This document shows positions 12,901-27,900 of a stretch of DNA of 64,000 nucleotides, one piece after another. The stretch covers positions 248,001 through 312,000 of the forward strand of contig NMRA01000322.1 in assembly GCA_002633005.1 (NCBI GenBank). The letters run 5' to 3'. Below the pieces are notes generated by a model. It was given only the letters and a program-made list of their open reading frames with translations, was not told where the DNA came from and made no database searches. How positions within the stretch are numbered: the first letter of the stretch is position 1; every line of letters starts with the position of its first letter. The DNA comes from Phoronis australis (taxonomy: Eukaryota > Animalia > Phoronida). The translations under genes were made by a program, and so were the position numbers.

Positions 12901-15900
12901 CAGGACAAATGTTGCATAAAAGATTCTGCCTTCAGAACAAGACAACTTACAGCGTATCGAAGAGTTCCTCTCAACAAGGTTTTTGCCGATTCAATACCAT
13001 AAAGAGGTCCATAGACAAGCGAATCTCTGTTTGGGAAACCCTCTAGATTGAAGCCTGGTAAGAAATTTTTCTTCTCATACACGTTCATCAGTTGGCCACC
13101 AGATGGCACCTCAATCACTTGACCATTATGAAGGTACTTAGCTGCTGATGTGAGATTACCAATAACACCTACTGGACTCCAGCTACAATTTAATTATAAT
13201 TCACATCGGATCACAATTGACAGTGAACAAATTTGTAAATGTTCGTCACAAAATTGGAAAGGGTGCTTTTACAAATTGTAAGTTATGCCCAGGCTAATAG
13301 TCAGGTTAGTTTTTACAGGTCACGAAAAAGAATACACCATTGATCGCACCATAGTTACTATCATACCTCATGGTAATTTTTTACTTACAAGATAGACACA
13401 AGTTTCCATAATTATAACATTGGGTGATTGTATGCCAGTTCTACATGAAGACGTGCTGCCATCTATCACATCTCACTTGAACTCACCTGAACTTGTAGCG
13501 AAGAGGGTTAGCAGAACACTCCGGTGCAGGAAGACCTCCGCAGTATGAAACAAACGAAGTGACCTGAAAGTTTGATAATCTATTTAAAACTCTGTTATAC
13601 AAGAGCAATGCAGAGCGTTGAAATGCGCCCACTACTGCACTGAAAATGGTGTGGGTGTTTGTTTGCATCTTAAACATGGTCATTAGATGGCTCAGAATAC
13701 ATTGATCTCACCTAAAAATGAGAATGTGCTGTCGTCTCTCAAAATTATTGACTAACTGCCATTAGGAACCACAGCGGTAGTCGAATCCACTCGTCTGCTG
13801 TCAAATTAATAGGAATACAATTGCAAAATTTCGAAAACATCTTCCAAGGGGTTTAGGAGATACAGTCATAGATGCAAAAAAATGTCACTAGGGAGCACCA
13901 GGGTTGTTAGACCTGTTTGAACATCCACCCCAATCACGATGTTCATGTGACTAGGAACACATCCGCGTGGTTTGGCAGATACAGAAGCAAACAACAAAAA
14001 AGACTAAAAAATAATTAAAATAGCCACCACGTGGCGCACAATAAGTCGAAACGATCACAAACAGGAAAACTGCTGCCGTCTTCATCATAGAAATTTGTCA
14101 AATTTCATGAAAAAGCATCGAGGAACTCTGAAGTTATAGAGGAAAACGCATCTACCACAACTCAATTCTTCCGCAGTAGGGGGTCTGTGAGCACTCTTTG
14201 ACAGATCACCCATGGGTGCCCTTCACCCACAGCGTAATTTTGGACAGAATGGAATGTTTTCCTTGTAAGCACATCTTATCGACAACATGTCGCCACATAC
14301 CGTGCCGCCGAGCTTCCTAATGTCATCGAAACAGTCCATAGCCAGCATGTGGTCTATGCCAGGGTCAACACCGATCTCGTTCATGATAGTGATGCCAGCC
14401 TGGCGCGCTCTGGAAAACAAACACCCTCAGTCGTCATGGAAACAAACAATAAATTCACCAACAAAAGAAACAGCACGTTTGGAACATGGTGATTGATAGC
14501 TACTGAGATGAACGCCCAGTACATGGAATTTAGAAGAAATGAGAAGTGAAAACCTTCAAGTACCATATTCGCCCAAAAAACTCCCATGCCCCTATAAGTG
14601 CCCTCCCACGCGTTTTCAGACTTCGCTAAAATAAGCGCCCAGCTAATGAACGTGAACATGCAAAAAATGCCTTACCTACAGTTCTAAAATTCTACAGTAA
14701 CGTCTTCAATTTATCAATAAGAACTGATAATCCTGAAAAAATCATTGTACGCGGAATCTGTATTTAGTCGTGACTATGCACATCAAACTTCTTCCGTGCT
14801 TCAAAAAGAATGCTATAGTTTTGCTGATCTTGTGAATAACGTGTTCCACTATTGGTCTGGTCTTTCAGAACAGATGAAGCGTACTTTTCAACTGATTTAT
14901 CGTTCCCGTACAGATCTTCTCCCTCACGAGCAACCCAAATTTGTTTGTATACAAAGACTAATAAAATCTCCCGGAAAATAACTGTTAGACTGCCATGCAT
15001 CCAGTCACCTGGCGACTCAATGACATTTAATATCGGCCTCACCGAGACAATTTTCAAACTCTTTTTAGCAAATGAGTCGTGCAAGTGCTAAATAAAACAC
15101 GTTCCGCTTTAATTACTGCTTGTGTAAATTTCTTTAGTCACAATGCCCACCTAGATCATTACATTGAGTTTACTGATGACACGCACGCGCTCGCTCACAC
15201 ACACACACGCAGACAAACTTCAAAACAAACGTCACATGACAACGTGTGTGTTCGTCAAAATTTTTTTCATGTTGCAGGATACGAGCGCAGATTTGAACGT
15301 AATATGCAGTTCATCCCAACTCTACAGGAACTTAAAAATCCTAGGGATGCTACTTTGATGAAAACTTAAGGAGGACTTCAGGTAATTTGTTGAGTCGAAA
15401 TTGTATTTTCATTCAAGAATTCAAGTTGCCCTATCGACAATCGCGAGGCAGCGAGTTTTCGCCCTGGGATTTCAGCACAATTTTCTGAAAATGATTGTAA
15501 TTTAACCAAGAAGTTTGATAGCCATGCATCACAGTTTTGTAGAAAGTCTGTCATAGGTTACAGATATGTCACACAGCGTAAATTTGATGATACCTAGCTT
15601 ACGATTTCACCCGTTCCAGAGAGCGGGTTTCAACCACCTTAGGCTAAAACAAACGTCCCCTGAAACAAATTTTTCTAAGTGCCCTGGGCGCTTATTAGGG
15701 CGAATACGGTAATACTTCTTACAACGCAATTAATGCCCAATTCAAGTAAGCTCATGGAATACAAAGAAGTTCATCAAATTGGATTCAAGGTTCTTGAAAT
15801 GATGCATTTGTCAACTTGTGGCAACAAACTTCATGAATTATTTGCGTTTACTTATGAACAATAAAATGGAAACAAACTAGTCTAATGAATTCAGAGATTT

Positions 15901-18900
15901 TCGCAAACGACAGCAAAATTCTAAGACAAGAAATTACTGATTAGACAGACCCAAGGATGCACCGTGTGTAGTTCTGAAAGACAGTCACATAAAATAGTAC
16001 TGCAGCCAGTCAGTCAAAAATGTTTCAAATTCAGGATTTGTCTACTTTCAACTACCACTGTGTCCAAGTTTCTGAACAATATTACACTGTACATCATAAA
16101 TGTCAAAATTTTCCTGAAGAAATTATTAACTCTTGCAGGAACATTTCCACCCATTTATCTCAAAACCAAAGGCAAGGCACAATGCTTCACTTCCACTCAT
16201 CTGGATCCTTTTCAGAACACGCCTGCGTTCCACAGACCAAAGAAACTTGCAAAATCATAAGATCAGACAAGACTCCATGTACTACAAGCAAACCATGTGA
16301 TCACCTAGCTTTATTTGCAAAATTCTTGAATCTATGAAACGCAGCCCAGTGCTTACTGCCTCAGTCTTTAAGTAAACATAACAATGCCAAAAGTGCCTTC
16401 CACACACAGACTTATCCTAGAACAAATTAGTCCGACCTGGAACGAGTTGTCGCTAGGTTTGAGGGCTGCCTGGACACTATTCAAACTAGTGAAACTTGCA
16501 ACACTTGTGATAACTAACTCCACCTTATCGTGGGAGGGTAACATGTTCCAGGATAACTTGCGCCACTTTTAATCGCTGCGTGGCTGCAAACCTGGGACAA
16601 GGTCGGAGTAATCATCAGCAGGGGTTACATACAGACGGGTCCTCTTTTGTGCGGCGTATTCGCATCACATGTTCATCGTCATGCACAGAGGGACAACATC
16701 CGCCATGCGCTAGTTATGGCATACGTGCGTGTGGGCGCTGCACTTAAAGTGGGGCAAGTTGCACTAGTGTAAGTTGTTCTAGTGTAAGTCTGTGTATGGA
16801 CAGGACTGAAGCTAAAATTTTTTTATTGTGTAGTGGGTCATAATATACATTGATAAGAACTTCCGTAAAGCTGGAGCAGTATTGATCAATGAGCTTGTCA
16901 TTCCTTTGTTTTCCAGTGATACTGCCTTAGTTTGTTTTCTCCTTACACAGCTCACCAGAAACCGTTTGGTAATGATAATGTTGAACTACGAAACGCCCCA
17001 ACACCTCCTTGACTAGGGTTTGCGAGAAATGCATAAATAATTCGAAAAACAGTAACCAACTCACGCTTCGTCCAGTTCTTTCATTTCTGGAGATATGTAA
17101 CTAGCAGTGGCCATGTTGACTCCGTGGTCGATACACATTTTGGCCACTAGGGGGTGGTACACGAACGGTAACAGACTGAAAGTAGAGCAATTCATTCCAT
17201 GGGGAAATTTCAAATAACTTCATTAAAAGTAAAGTTATGAGATCTCGAGTTTTTAAGGTAAATTGTAATTCATCCTTCCAGACATAAATTTAAATTTAAA
17301 CAATGCTTAATAAGTAATAAACACAATTTAAAACCACTTCTCATAACCAAAATGATACTTAATCCTATTTTAGTGCATTTACTGAAAATTGACCTGTCGC
17401 CAGGATTTTGAGTGACTGCTTAAATGACCAATTAGAATGCAGCATTCTTGACACACCTTCGTTTCCATGCCACCATTTTACACGACAAAAAACGCGTTAC
17501 CGGGTAAAATTTATTGTTTGTTTGTCAACATTTCGCAAAGGGGCGGAGCTTGCGATAGGTCAATTGCTACCATCAGATGATATTATGTACTTCGCCGGAA
17601 AGATAAAGTATTATTCAACTAAAATTCTGACCTAACTTTGTCACAAAACATATTTGGAAGTTCGAGACAAGCAGATTTCCCAAATGTTGTCTACTAACTC
17701 GCCCAAAGCGTTAGGCACATTTGTCTATTAAGGCTTTGCAAGGAGCTATCAAACGTGAATCAAACTATTAAGGATAGGTGACGATCTGCAGAACAAATGT
17801 TTAAGTGTTATGTCAGCATTAATATTCTTCATTTGTCAAAATACTGGTTTGTTATCTCTTTAAGTAAATTAAATGGCTGACATGACCGGCACCATGCGTT
17901 GTCAACCTAAAGATTGCAGCACAACTTTTGGCAAAAATTTCAGAATGACGCTTAAATATGTAATAGACTTGGGTGGTCACTTTGGCCACAACTTTACCTG
18001 ATGACCAGGTCACTTCTTTCAACCAACTTGTCTGCGTCATCTGGCCGCCTCTGAATGTCCATGAGGATGGGGTCGACGTTGTATTTGGCAGCCATCTTGT
18101 CTACCTCATGCTGAAACTGGGACGCTGAAAACAAAACACTTTACGTTCATGACATTTCTCAGAATTTGCCTTTTCAAACAGATTTTTTCTTTTCAACAAA
18201 CTATGCAAATTCAACATCATTGATTTGGTGCATCTGTCAAAAACAGTCACTGTTAATAGGATACTCTCATTTTAAGGCCTACCAAGTACAGTACACCGAC
18301 AGAATTGTTTTTCTACAAATAACGCATGTTTTCAGGCTACTGAAGCAACAACACTAACTACTTGTGTCATCTAACCTATTGTTTCTTGCCTAACACGTGG
18401 ACAACAAAAATGGCAACAAGAACGTACCGACAGTCAGGCAAACATCTTTGGAGCGTAAAAGGTACTCAATGACTGGCTCGGACACATAGCCAGCACCCAT
18501 AATGGTGACTCGTTTCTGAGGCATACCACTGGCAGTAACAGACACCTTATGACGAGACCTATGGAGATAGGTAGATAAGTACACTAGAGTAGCCATTATA
18601 AAGGTGGCTTTGTGATGAAGATAATAATGATAAAAGATATAATAATAAGAATAATAAATGATAGTGAATAGTATTATAATTAACAAAAATAGAGGTGCAG
18701 TGTTGGTTGTAATACTACACTCATCTCCGTAACCACGACACCACTGCCGTTCCAACACCACTATCCCTCCACCACCATCATCACTCACCAAGAAGCCCAC
18801 CCCAACACCACCCGGTGTCACAACAACCAACCAGCCCCTACCACAACAACACCATACCAACTCCACCAACCACCATTCCCACAGTCATCAGCACCTATGA

Positions 18901-21900
18901 GTGAAGATATCTCATCCCCAACACCACCATTATCACCACAACTGCCCTGCCCCACCTCCATCCCCACCACCACCACTCCTCACCACGACCCCCTACCACC
19001 ATGCCCACCACGCCCACATCACCACCATCACCCCACTACATCATATATCCACCATCATCACCATAAACTGCAGCATCACCAGTAGCAGCATACAACAGTA
19101 TAATATAAAGTAACCACAGACAACATACTACTTCCTATCATGTTGGCTAATTCCGTTAACAGCCAAAATCACAGGTACTACGGGGGCATTACAGAATGTC
19201 TTAGCCACTTTACTAGAGTACCTGGTAATTCCCAAATGATAATTCCCAATCATCATGAGGGAAAAATACTCTCATGAAGAATCTGGCTTCTGTCCAGCAG
19301 TCGTGACAGGGAATTACGTCATTTTCTCTCATGTGCATATCAATGAAATAGCTTTCGATCATTTATCCTGACTTACTTTGATTTCTTACGCATCTCTGCA
19401 ATGTATTCGTAGTTCGGAGTCAAACTTCCATTTGACGCAATCACAGCCTAGAGCAAATTAAAACATACAATATAGCACAGTTAACGCTAAAATCTGATAC
19501 AAGCCTAAAGAATAAAATTACACCACTAAAACATCACATTCCACTGAGCATCAAACACCAATAGCATTTCACAGGGTATTCATTCTGTGGACATGACATT
19601 TAGACTTCCTATGTGCATTCCATTGTAAGCAGAACATGGTTAAGTACACTCAATCAAATTAAGTGCACTTAACCATGTTAACTTAGGTTTGTATACTCGA
19701 ACTTGAAAAATCCTTACTGGCACGATTAACCAAACTAAAGACACGTAACCTTATTTAGGCTTGGCCAATACAATTCAAGCTTTTTGGGCCATCCATTGAT
19801 GGTAACATTGCTGGTAAATTTCAGGGGATGGTTCGCGCAATTCAATCCATAGTTTATCACACACACAGAGAATCATTGTAATTACTCAATAAGAAAACGA
19901 GTTTTGCTTGGTTGTGGAATTTGACACTATAGTCAGTTTCAATTAAGTTTCTGACCAGCAATCTTATTCAAGCTTGCACAGTAATGTTTACCAAGGGAAA
20001 AGATTTTCAAGGCTTGAAATTCCTGTTGAAAGAAGTGACTAGCCTGACAATCTTTTTCAAGGCTGTTTGACGAACCTAGTGTAACTCACTCAAAAATTAC
20101 ACGGAGTAACGATTGGCAGTGAGCATATAAATTCAAGCTTAGACAACAAGAATAACGCGGAGTATTGAAATGCGCCCACGAATACACCGCAAACGATGTC
20201 CTTCTAGGAGTGTTTATTTGTACCATAACAATGGCCACTAGATGGCGCAAAATACCTCGAATCCATCCGAAAACTGCAGGTATAAGTCATCAAAGCTATT
20301 TACAAATTTTATTCAAATCCGTCAAGGAATTTCTAAGAAACCGAGGAAAACAAAAAAAGGAAATTGCAACTAGGAGGCTATGGGCATAAAAAACATAACT
20401 GCCACTAGAAGGCACCACAGTAGTTGAAGTCGTCGGAAAATCATCACCAACTGTCCTCTTCACAGTCATGCTTTGAGTGGGAGTGGTTTGGTTGATAGAG
20501 GAGCGATTGCCAAAAACAGACTAAAAAATGGCCACTAGATGGCGCGAAATACATTAAATTCATCCAAAAACAGGAACATGTCATTGTTTCAATAGAAAGC
20601 TATTTATCAAATTTCATAAAAATCAGAAAAACAGAGGAAACGGAAAAAAATTAAATTGACACTAGGGGACACAGTGTTTCTCAGATCCGTCTGAAAGTCG
20701 TCATTATTTGTTGTCCACTTCATATAAATACACTTGCTAATTTAATAAAAGATCCTGCAGAGAAATTAGGAGATACAGTCATGGACATAAAAAAACTACC
20801 ATAACGAGGTGCCACAGTAATTGAGGTCGTCGAAAAATCATTGTCAGCTGTCCTCTTCCCATTAGAAACATCCATGTCAATTTCTAAATCATTCTAAGAG
20901 TGGTTTGGTTGACAGGGGGCAGACGCCAAGAAACAGACTTCAAAACAGTAAAAATGACCACTAAGTGGCACAAAACACCTCGAATCTATCTGGAAACTGA
21001 AGGATGGCGTCACCTCACTAATAGAAACTGTGTTGAGAACCTTTGAAGATAAGGTTTGGTTGACAGAGGGGTGGACGCCAAAAACAGACTCGAAAACAGT
21101 AAAAATAGCCACTAGGTGGTACACAATACCTCAAATCCATCCGAAAAGGGGAGGAAAGCGTCATCTCATTAATAGATGCCTATGTGCCAAATTTCACAAA
21201 AATCCGTTGAGGACTTTTAAAGATACAGGGGTAAACATAAAAAACTAAAACTGCCACTAGGGGTACAGCAGCAGTCGGAGAAGTCTGAAATTTGCCATCA
21301 TCCGAATCCGTCATCAGCTTCATATGAACACATCTGCCAAATCTCATCAAGATCCTGTGAGGGGTTCAGGAGATATAGTTGCGGACGCCGGACACCCAGA
21401 CAAAGACGACGGCAATATGCAGCCACACATAAATAAGTGGGTGCATAAAAATGAAGCTTACAAAGATTGGCCAAGTTTTACCGAGTAGTCTGTGATCACA
21501 TGCTCAAACGAGATTAGTAAATATGGTCAACTTCCATGTCTTGCAAATTTATGAATGATATGTTTGTTGTTCAATATTTTTGCACTGATATAACTCAAAA
21601 GGACATTTGAACATAATTGCATATTTCTCATCTGCTATCAGTTCATAAATTCCTTAACTTTCTCAGACGTCTCAGCTGAATGCCAGCCTTCGGCTCAGCA
21701 GGTCACCGTCTCAATAAAGTACCATCACATCTCTGACATGCACAACCCTACAATATGATAATGTCAATCTCAAGCTTCCTTATGGTGGCCTTTAGAACTC
21801 AACGAAACTTACATCTTTCACAACTCTGGAACAGTCTAGTTCGGAAAACGGAGTTGACGCATCAGACTTGATCTGCAAATAAAGTAATAAGATGACTAAA

Positions 21901-24900
21901 TGTGAAACAACAGCAACACAGGCGTTGAAATGTGCCCACGTCTGCACTGCAAATGGTGTGCTTTTAGGGGTGTTTATTTGCATCATCATATATTCTATAA
22001 GATGGCACAATACATTGAACCCATCCAAAAATGAGAAGGTGCCGTCGTCTTTCAAAACTATTTGCTAAATGAAAATCGTTAAAGAATTGTATTTCTTGTT
22101 CAACTGAGCTTTCCCACTTTTAAAGGCTTTTAAAAGCCCCACTGCAGTCCCTTCGAAATAAAGCTGCTTTGCAATGAAGTATACAATTGCAGAAATAACA
22201 GCTAAAATCAATTAGGTCTCAGGCAAGTGTAAAATTTTAAGTGTTACGTTGCTGTTAAAAATCGGAAATGGTTCCACCCTACAAACAACTGACATCACTC
22301 TACAAAGTTGTGATGAACTATTATTTTTCTTTAGTAAAACTAAAATCAAGCACCAAGGACAGAATAAACAAGGGCAATGCAGAGTCCTGAAATACACCCA
22401 CCATGTGAATAGTACACAGCAGAGATACAAGGAAACTAAAATATACCAAGTCAAAAATTTAACAGTAGCCTCAGGGGAGGGGGAAAGAAAGGGAGGCAGA
22501 TGAGAAAAGAACACAGTCAGTTACAAAACATAACAAGAGCAACGCAGAGCGTTGAAATGCGCCCACAATTGCACCGCATACGGTATCCTTCTAGGGTTGT
22601 TTATTGCTCCCATAAAGTGGCCAGTAGAGGGCATATAAGTAGTATGTTGTACTTAGCAAAATGGAAAGGCATGGTCATTGTCTCCTCAATAGGCTAGGGG
22701 CAAAATGTGAGTAATCTTCATAATACAAGCACATCCTATACACCAGTTGCTTAAAGCACCACAGAAACATAGAATTAAAAACAAATTTACCAACATACGA
22801 GATTAGCACAGCATTAGAATGCCAGAAACAAATTTCTACTTGGAACTTTTCCTTCACAGTCACGAAGTAACACAAAGTATACACCTGAAGACCTATGAAA
22901 ATACAGAGGTCAATGTAAAATACTAAAATTGCCACTAGAGGCAAATACTAAAATTGCCACTAGAGGCATACCGGTAATCAGAATCATCCTAAAGTCGTCA
23001 TCGTCCGTTGTCAACATCACATAAATACACTTGCTAAATTTAGTAAAGATCCTGCAAACGGTTTGGGAGATACAGCCATGGGCGCAAAAAAACAAAACTG
23101 CCACTAGGAGGCGCCACAGTAGTCCAAATCGTCTGAAAATCATTGTCAGCTGTCTTCCTTATAGTAAGCACATACACGGCAATTTTCACAATCATCCTTT
23201 GAGCGGTTTGGTTGATAGAGGGGTGGACGCACAAAAACAGACTCGAAAACACTAAAAATGGCCACTAGGTGGCGCAAACTATGTCGAATCCATCTGAAAA
23301 CGGCAGGATAGCGTCATCTCACTAATAGGTGCCTACATACCAAATTTCATGAAAATCCGTTCAGGACTTTTGAAGATACAAAGGTAAGCGTAAAAAACTA
23401 AAATTGCCACTAGGGGGCACACCGGTAGTCGGATCCGTCCGAAAGTTCGCACATGCCGTCCCATTCATGAATGGAACATATGTGCCAAATTTCATGAACA
23501 TATGTCAAAGGGTTTTGGAGATAGAGCAGCGGACGCCGGACGCCGCCCGGACGGACGGACAGACAGAGATGACGGCATAATGCGTCCACATATAAATATG
23601 TGGGCGCATAAAAATCAGATGGCATAGTCGCATTGATAGAAAGTTATAATCACTAATTTTCACAAATCACAAATATCAATCACAGAAGTTGGTAAATACC
23701 AAAGGTATACACAAAAAACAAAATTGCCACTACATAGGGGATGCCATAGCAGTCAAACTCGTCCCGAAAACCAATGTCGGCCATACTCTCCTTAACCAAA
23801 ACATATCTGCCAAATGTCATAAAGATTACTCAAGTGCTTTGGTGCCGGGATAGAAAGGCAGAAAAAAATACTAAGAAAATTGTAAGAAATGGCTGCCAAA
23901 GGCTCAGAATATATCAAACCCTCCGAAAATGAGAAGGTGTCATCTTAATAGAAACCTATTTTCAAAGTTGAATAAAACTCTGTCGAAGAAGTTGGTAGAT
24001 ACCAATTAAGAGAAACCATAAAAACTGCAATTGCCACAGGCAGAACAGCAGTGGTCAAAACTGTCCGCAAATTCTGTTGACCTATACCATACATGATGGT
24101 AGAAGCATGAAGATATGTGGGTGCCTGAAAACTGCTCTGCATGTTGAAACAACTATATAGTTTTGACTATGAACAGTCCACAGCACTCACAGTTTTGACT
24201 ATGAACAGTCCACAACACTCACAGTTTTGACTATGAACAGTCCACAACACTCACAGTTTTGACTATGAACAGTCCACAACACTGCCTTCATGCACTCCGC
24301 CCAGTAATTACCTCCACAACAATCACCTGACATTTGTAACAACATTACAATAACAGTCTCACCTACCATATATGATCTTACAAAGGGCACAGTAATATAA
24401 ATGGTACAATGTACTTGTACTATGACATCTAGGTCAGCCTGTAACCATGCACTGATAACTAAGAGATAACATAGTGACACCTAGGGTTCAATCACAGCTG
24501 CTCCACGCTTCACAGGATACGAGTCAAAATTTATTCTCCTTCAAATCATGAGCTATGCTATGCTGGCTTCCTTCAACATTTAATATTTAATTTTCATTTT
24601 TTCTGATTAAAAGTGTGATATCTATGTATTACATTATTTAAAAGTATTTATCTATCAGAAGGCCAATCGAATGTATCTCCTTTTTGCAACAAAATCAACA
24701 AGAAATCCATCTACAAAATGATATTCTATAAGAATTCCCATCTATAGCCACTGCACCATGGGTCTTGTTACCACACATGTTATAATCTATATATTAATTT
24801 TATGTGGGTGCATGAAAAGTAAATTGATGAACAAATAAAGACTAGTGTCGCCCCCATCTGAAAATTGCCTGAAATGGTCCCACTATATTTTTCAGACAAA

Positions 24901-27900
24901 GTTTCCCTAGGAAAAATGTTTGCATTGTGGCACAAAGCTGTTGGCCTTCTGAGCTCCATCAAGTTTCCCAGGAGAAATTCCATGAAAATTTATTCATGAC
25001 TCAGATTCAATGCATTTTACCTCTGTGGGGCCTATCCATGCTATTTTGTTTACCTGTCATTTGGGTCTACCCTTATTGAGTGTACTTGAGTAGCAATTGG
25101 GGGGTGATAATAATTGCTTTTGTGCTTAACCCACACTCATTGGTTGCTTTTGAAGTCATGACCCAGTGTATGATTCTTATTGGTTTATATCTTGCCTCCC
25201 AAGCTGCGTGCCTTTCTGATGTGCAGCGTTATTTTGCAGAATTTTTTTCAAAAATAAAACCACTCACACTGGAATGTCAGTGAATATAAATCTGAGTGTC
25301 TGTACATTGTGTCTTGTTGTAGTTTCCTGCGTGACACAGATGTTTGTCAATTAAACCCAGACTGCTCTCGGCCAATATCAGTTTTGCACACACTGCACTG
25401 ATGCTCATTTATTCAATTATTAAACAGAGGGGATTAGCTCATAAAAGTGCGACAAGGGCATTTTCAAGGCCTGTCGATAAGGGCTAACGAACATACTGTG
25501 ACTGCTGATTGCATGGGGACACAGTAAATTAGTGGAAATAATTCCTGCAAAATTTCTGGGTTTCTGAAATATATGGGAACACAACCATTCTATTTCATAA
25601 CAAGAAATTCATCAGCAGGCATCGCGCTTCAAACAGAACACTAATCCAGTCATTCTATTTATAAGTAGAAGCACTTCCTCAACAGTTAAATAACAATATT
25701 AGACACAAACATTGTTTACACTCATGCACAGCTGTCTGTTACAACAGGATATCCATCCTCAAACACTGGAGACTAACTCACCGGCATTGCATTTTGTATC
25801 AGGAAAATCATTTTAAGAGTAACTGCAGTATCACAGAGCAATACAGCACAAAATCTACAGTATCCTTAATTTATCATTTGATATAGAATATCTTTTGCAA
25901 ACATTGTGTAAAAGTTTTTAATCCAGTAATTGATAAATAATACTATGATCGCAGTTTCCTGTTTTTCCTACTAACAGCCTAAATGTGAAAAACATATTAA
26001 GTATACTGATTGATTCCAATATAATGGTCTCTAACTTATCCTTGCCAAGACAGAAGTGCGTTTCTAGAATCAAAATGAACTACAATCAACTGTGAATGAT
26101 GCAAATTGGCCCAATTTTGGGTGTGTTGGCCAAATTTGTTAAAATTGACAGACTTAACTTTTACTTTTAAGTATCCTGGATGAATGGTTATGAGGTGGAA
26201 ATCACTTTCTGCCATGGTAAGCAAAGGTTTCAGTTAGTAACATCCTTTACAATAATTGCGTTTTAGGCAATTGGAAGGAAAAGTCCTGTATTCGTTATAA
26301 CATTCCCCAGCAAATTAATTCACCGAAGGTTTTGAAAAGCCAAAATTTTCTACATTTTATTCAATTTTTTTAATTTGTAAAAAGTGTTCTTCTTTATGTG
26401 TGAAGAAATCATTTGTTCATATTGAACTTAGAGTTGGCACTTATTAAAAAGAAGTTCTGCCATACTAATTGCTACAAAATATCAATTTCAACAACACCTG
26501 ACTTTTCTAATAGTTTGCACGTGACCAGTTTGTGGAAAAAGTGCTTGGTTGCAATTAATGAATGACATTACAAATAAGTTCCGATATTTAAAAAAATACT
26601 CTAACTTGTGAAAGAAACACTTTGTGCGTGCAGACAAGAGGTTATCAGCACAAAATTGAAAATGATAATACCTCATATAGATTATTGAACACTAAATCCA
26701 CCTTACCATGTCATGGACAAAAGGCATCAGGCGACCTCCGAAGTACTCAGTGGCCTCTCGTGGTAGCTGAGTTGGCATGTTATCAATAGAGCACACTAGA
26801 ACACCTTCACCATTGAAACTGTAAACAAAAGTACAGCATAATGTACAACTCATTTCCAAAACGTCCGTTCGACACCAGCTGCCGGAGCCTACCTACTTGA
26901 ACATAAACTGAAAGACTCCATGAACACCCAATTTGTTCAATACCTACTCGCCAAATACTACCTTACCAAGGACTTCAACCAGAGCCTCACTTATGAAATG
27001 TAGCTTCAAATTTCAATAGCTCAAGTCACCAAAAGCAATCTGACAATCCAAGATTTTCTATCACTCTGTTGGTGAAATTAAGTCACAAGGGTCAGAAAGA
27101 CTTCAAATACTGACATTTTGGTCCAATCACAATCACGGAAAATCTCACTGTAATTACTACAATTACTGGCCTATCATAACTTTAATTATTATTCATGATG
27201 TGACAAAAAACAATTGTACGAGACACCTTTAATTGGAAAAGTCAGGAGTATAGGTCAAGAGGTCAAAAAGGATATGGCAAGCAGATGAATCCTCAACCGT
27301 TTTACAAAACATGGTGTACGCAGTTTTCAACAAAGATCAATAAGGTTCTGGAAAGCATAATCGCCTTCATATTCTGGTGAAGATCCACGACTTACTTTTT
27401 CAAATATTCCTTGGAAATAGCCTCTTACATCCTATCATTCAAACATTGAGCACAGATTCTAACACAACCAACAAGTCATTCTCCACCCTACTTAAGCACT
27501 TAATAAAGAAAGTGAAGCTTACGTACCACTAGGAGACGCAGCATACCAATCTGAGGGAGTATTACAAGCGCATTATCATTCACAGCTTGAGTAGTCACGG
27601 TACAAAAAATGTTTAATAATGCAGGTTAATTTCATAGCAGATTCATTGGTTGCTTCAACTGACACTGACTACAATATGTGATTACCTAAATCATAAGCTA
27701 TTTAATTCTTAATTGTACTTCATATTTGTATAACACGATCTTTTTTGGCAAGATACTGTACAGAAGTATCATGTATCTATATCACAATTGATATTGTTAC
27801 TTATTTTTATTGTATTGTATATTTAAACCTGAGAGTAGATACAATTGACCTTTGTATTCATCTTCATACTCCGTAATAATTTTGATGATCAGATACAATG

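Noticed and set aside
18897-19113. His/Pro-rich ORFs
   Set aside because: They are translations of (CAC)n low-complexity DNA.
24159-24283. 32-bp repeats as a CRISPR array (also the 43-bp repeats at 52693-52870)
   Set aside because: The units are head-to-tail with no unique spacers, there are no cas genes, and the context is a eukaryotic intron.
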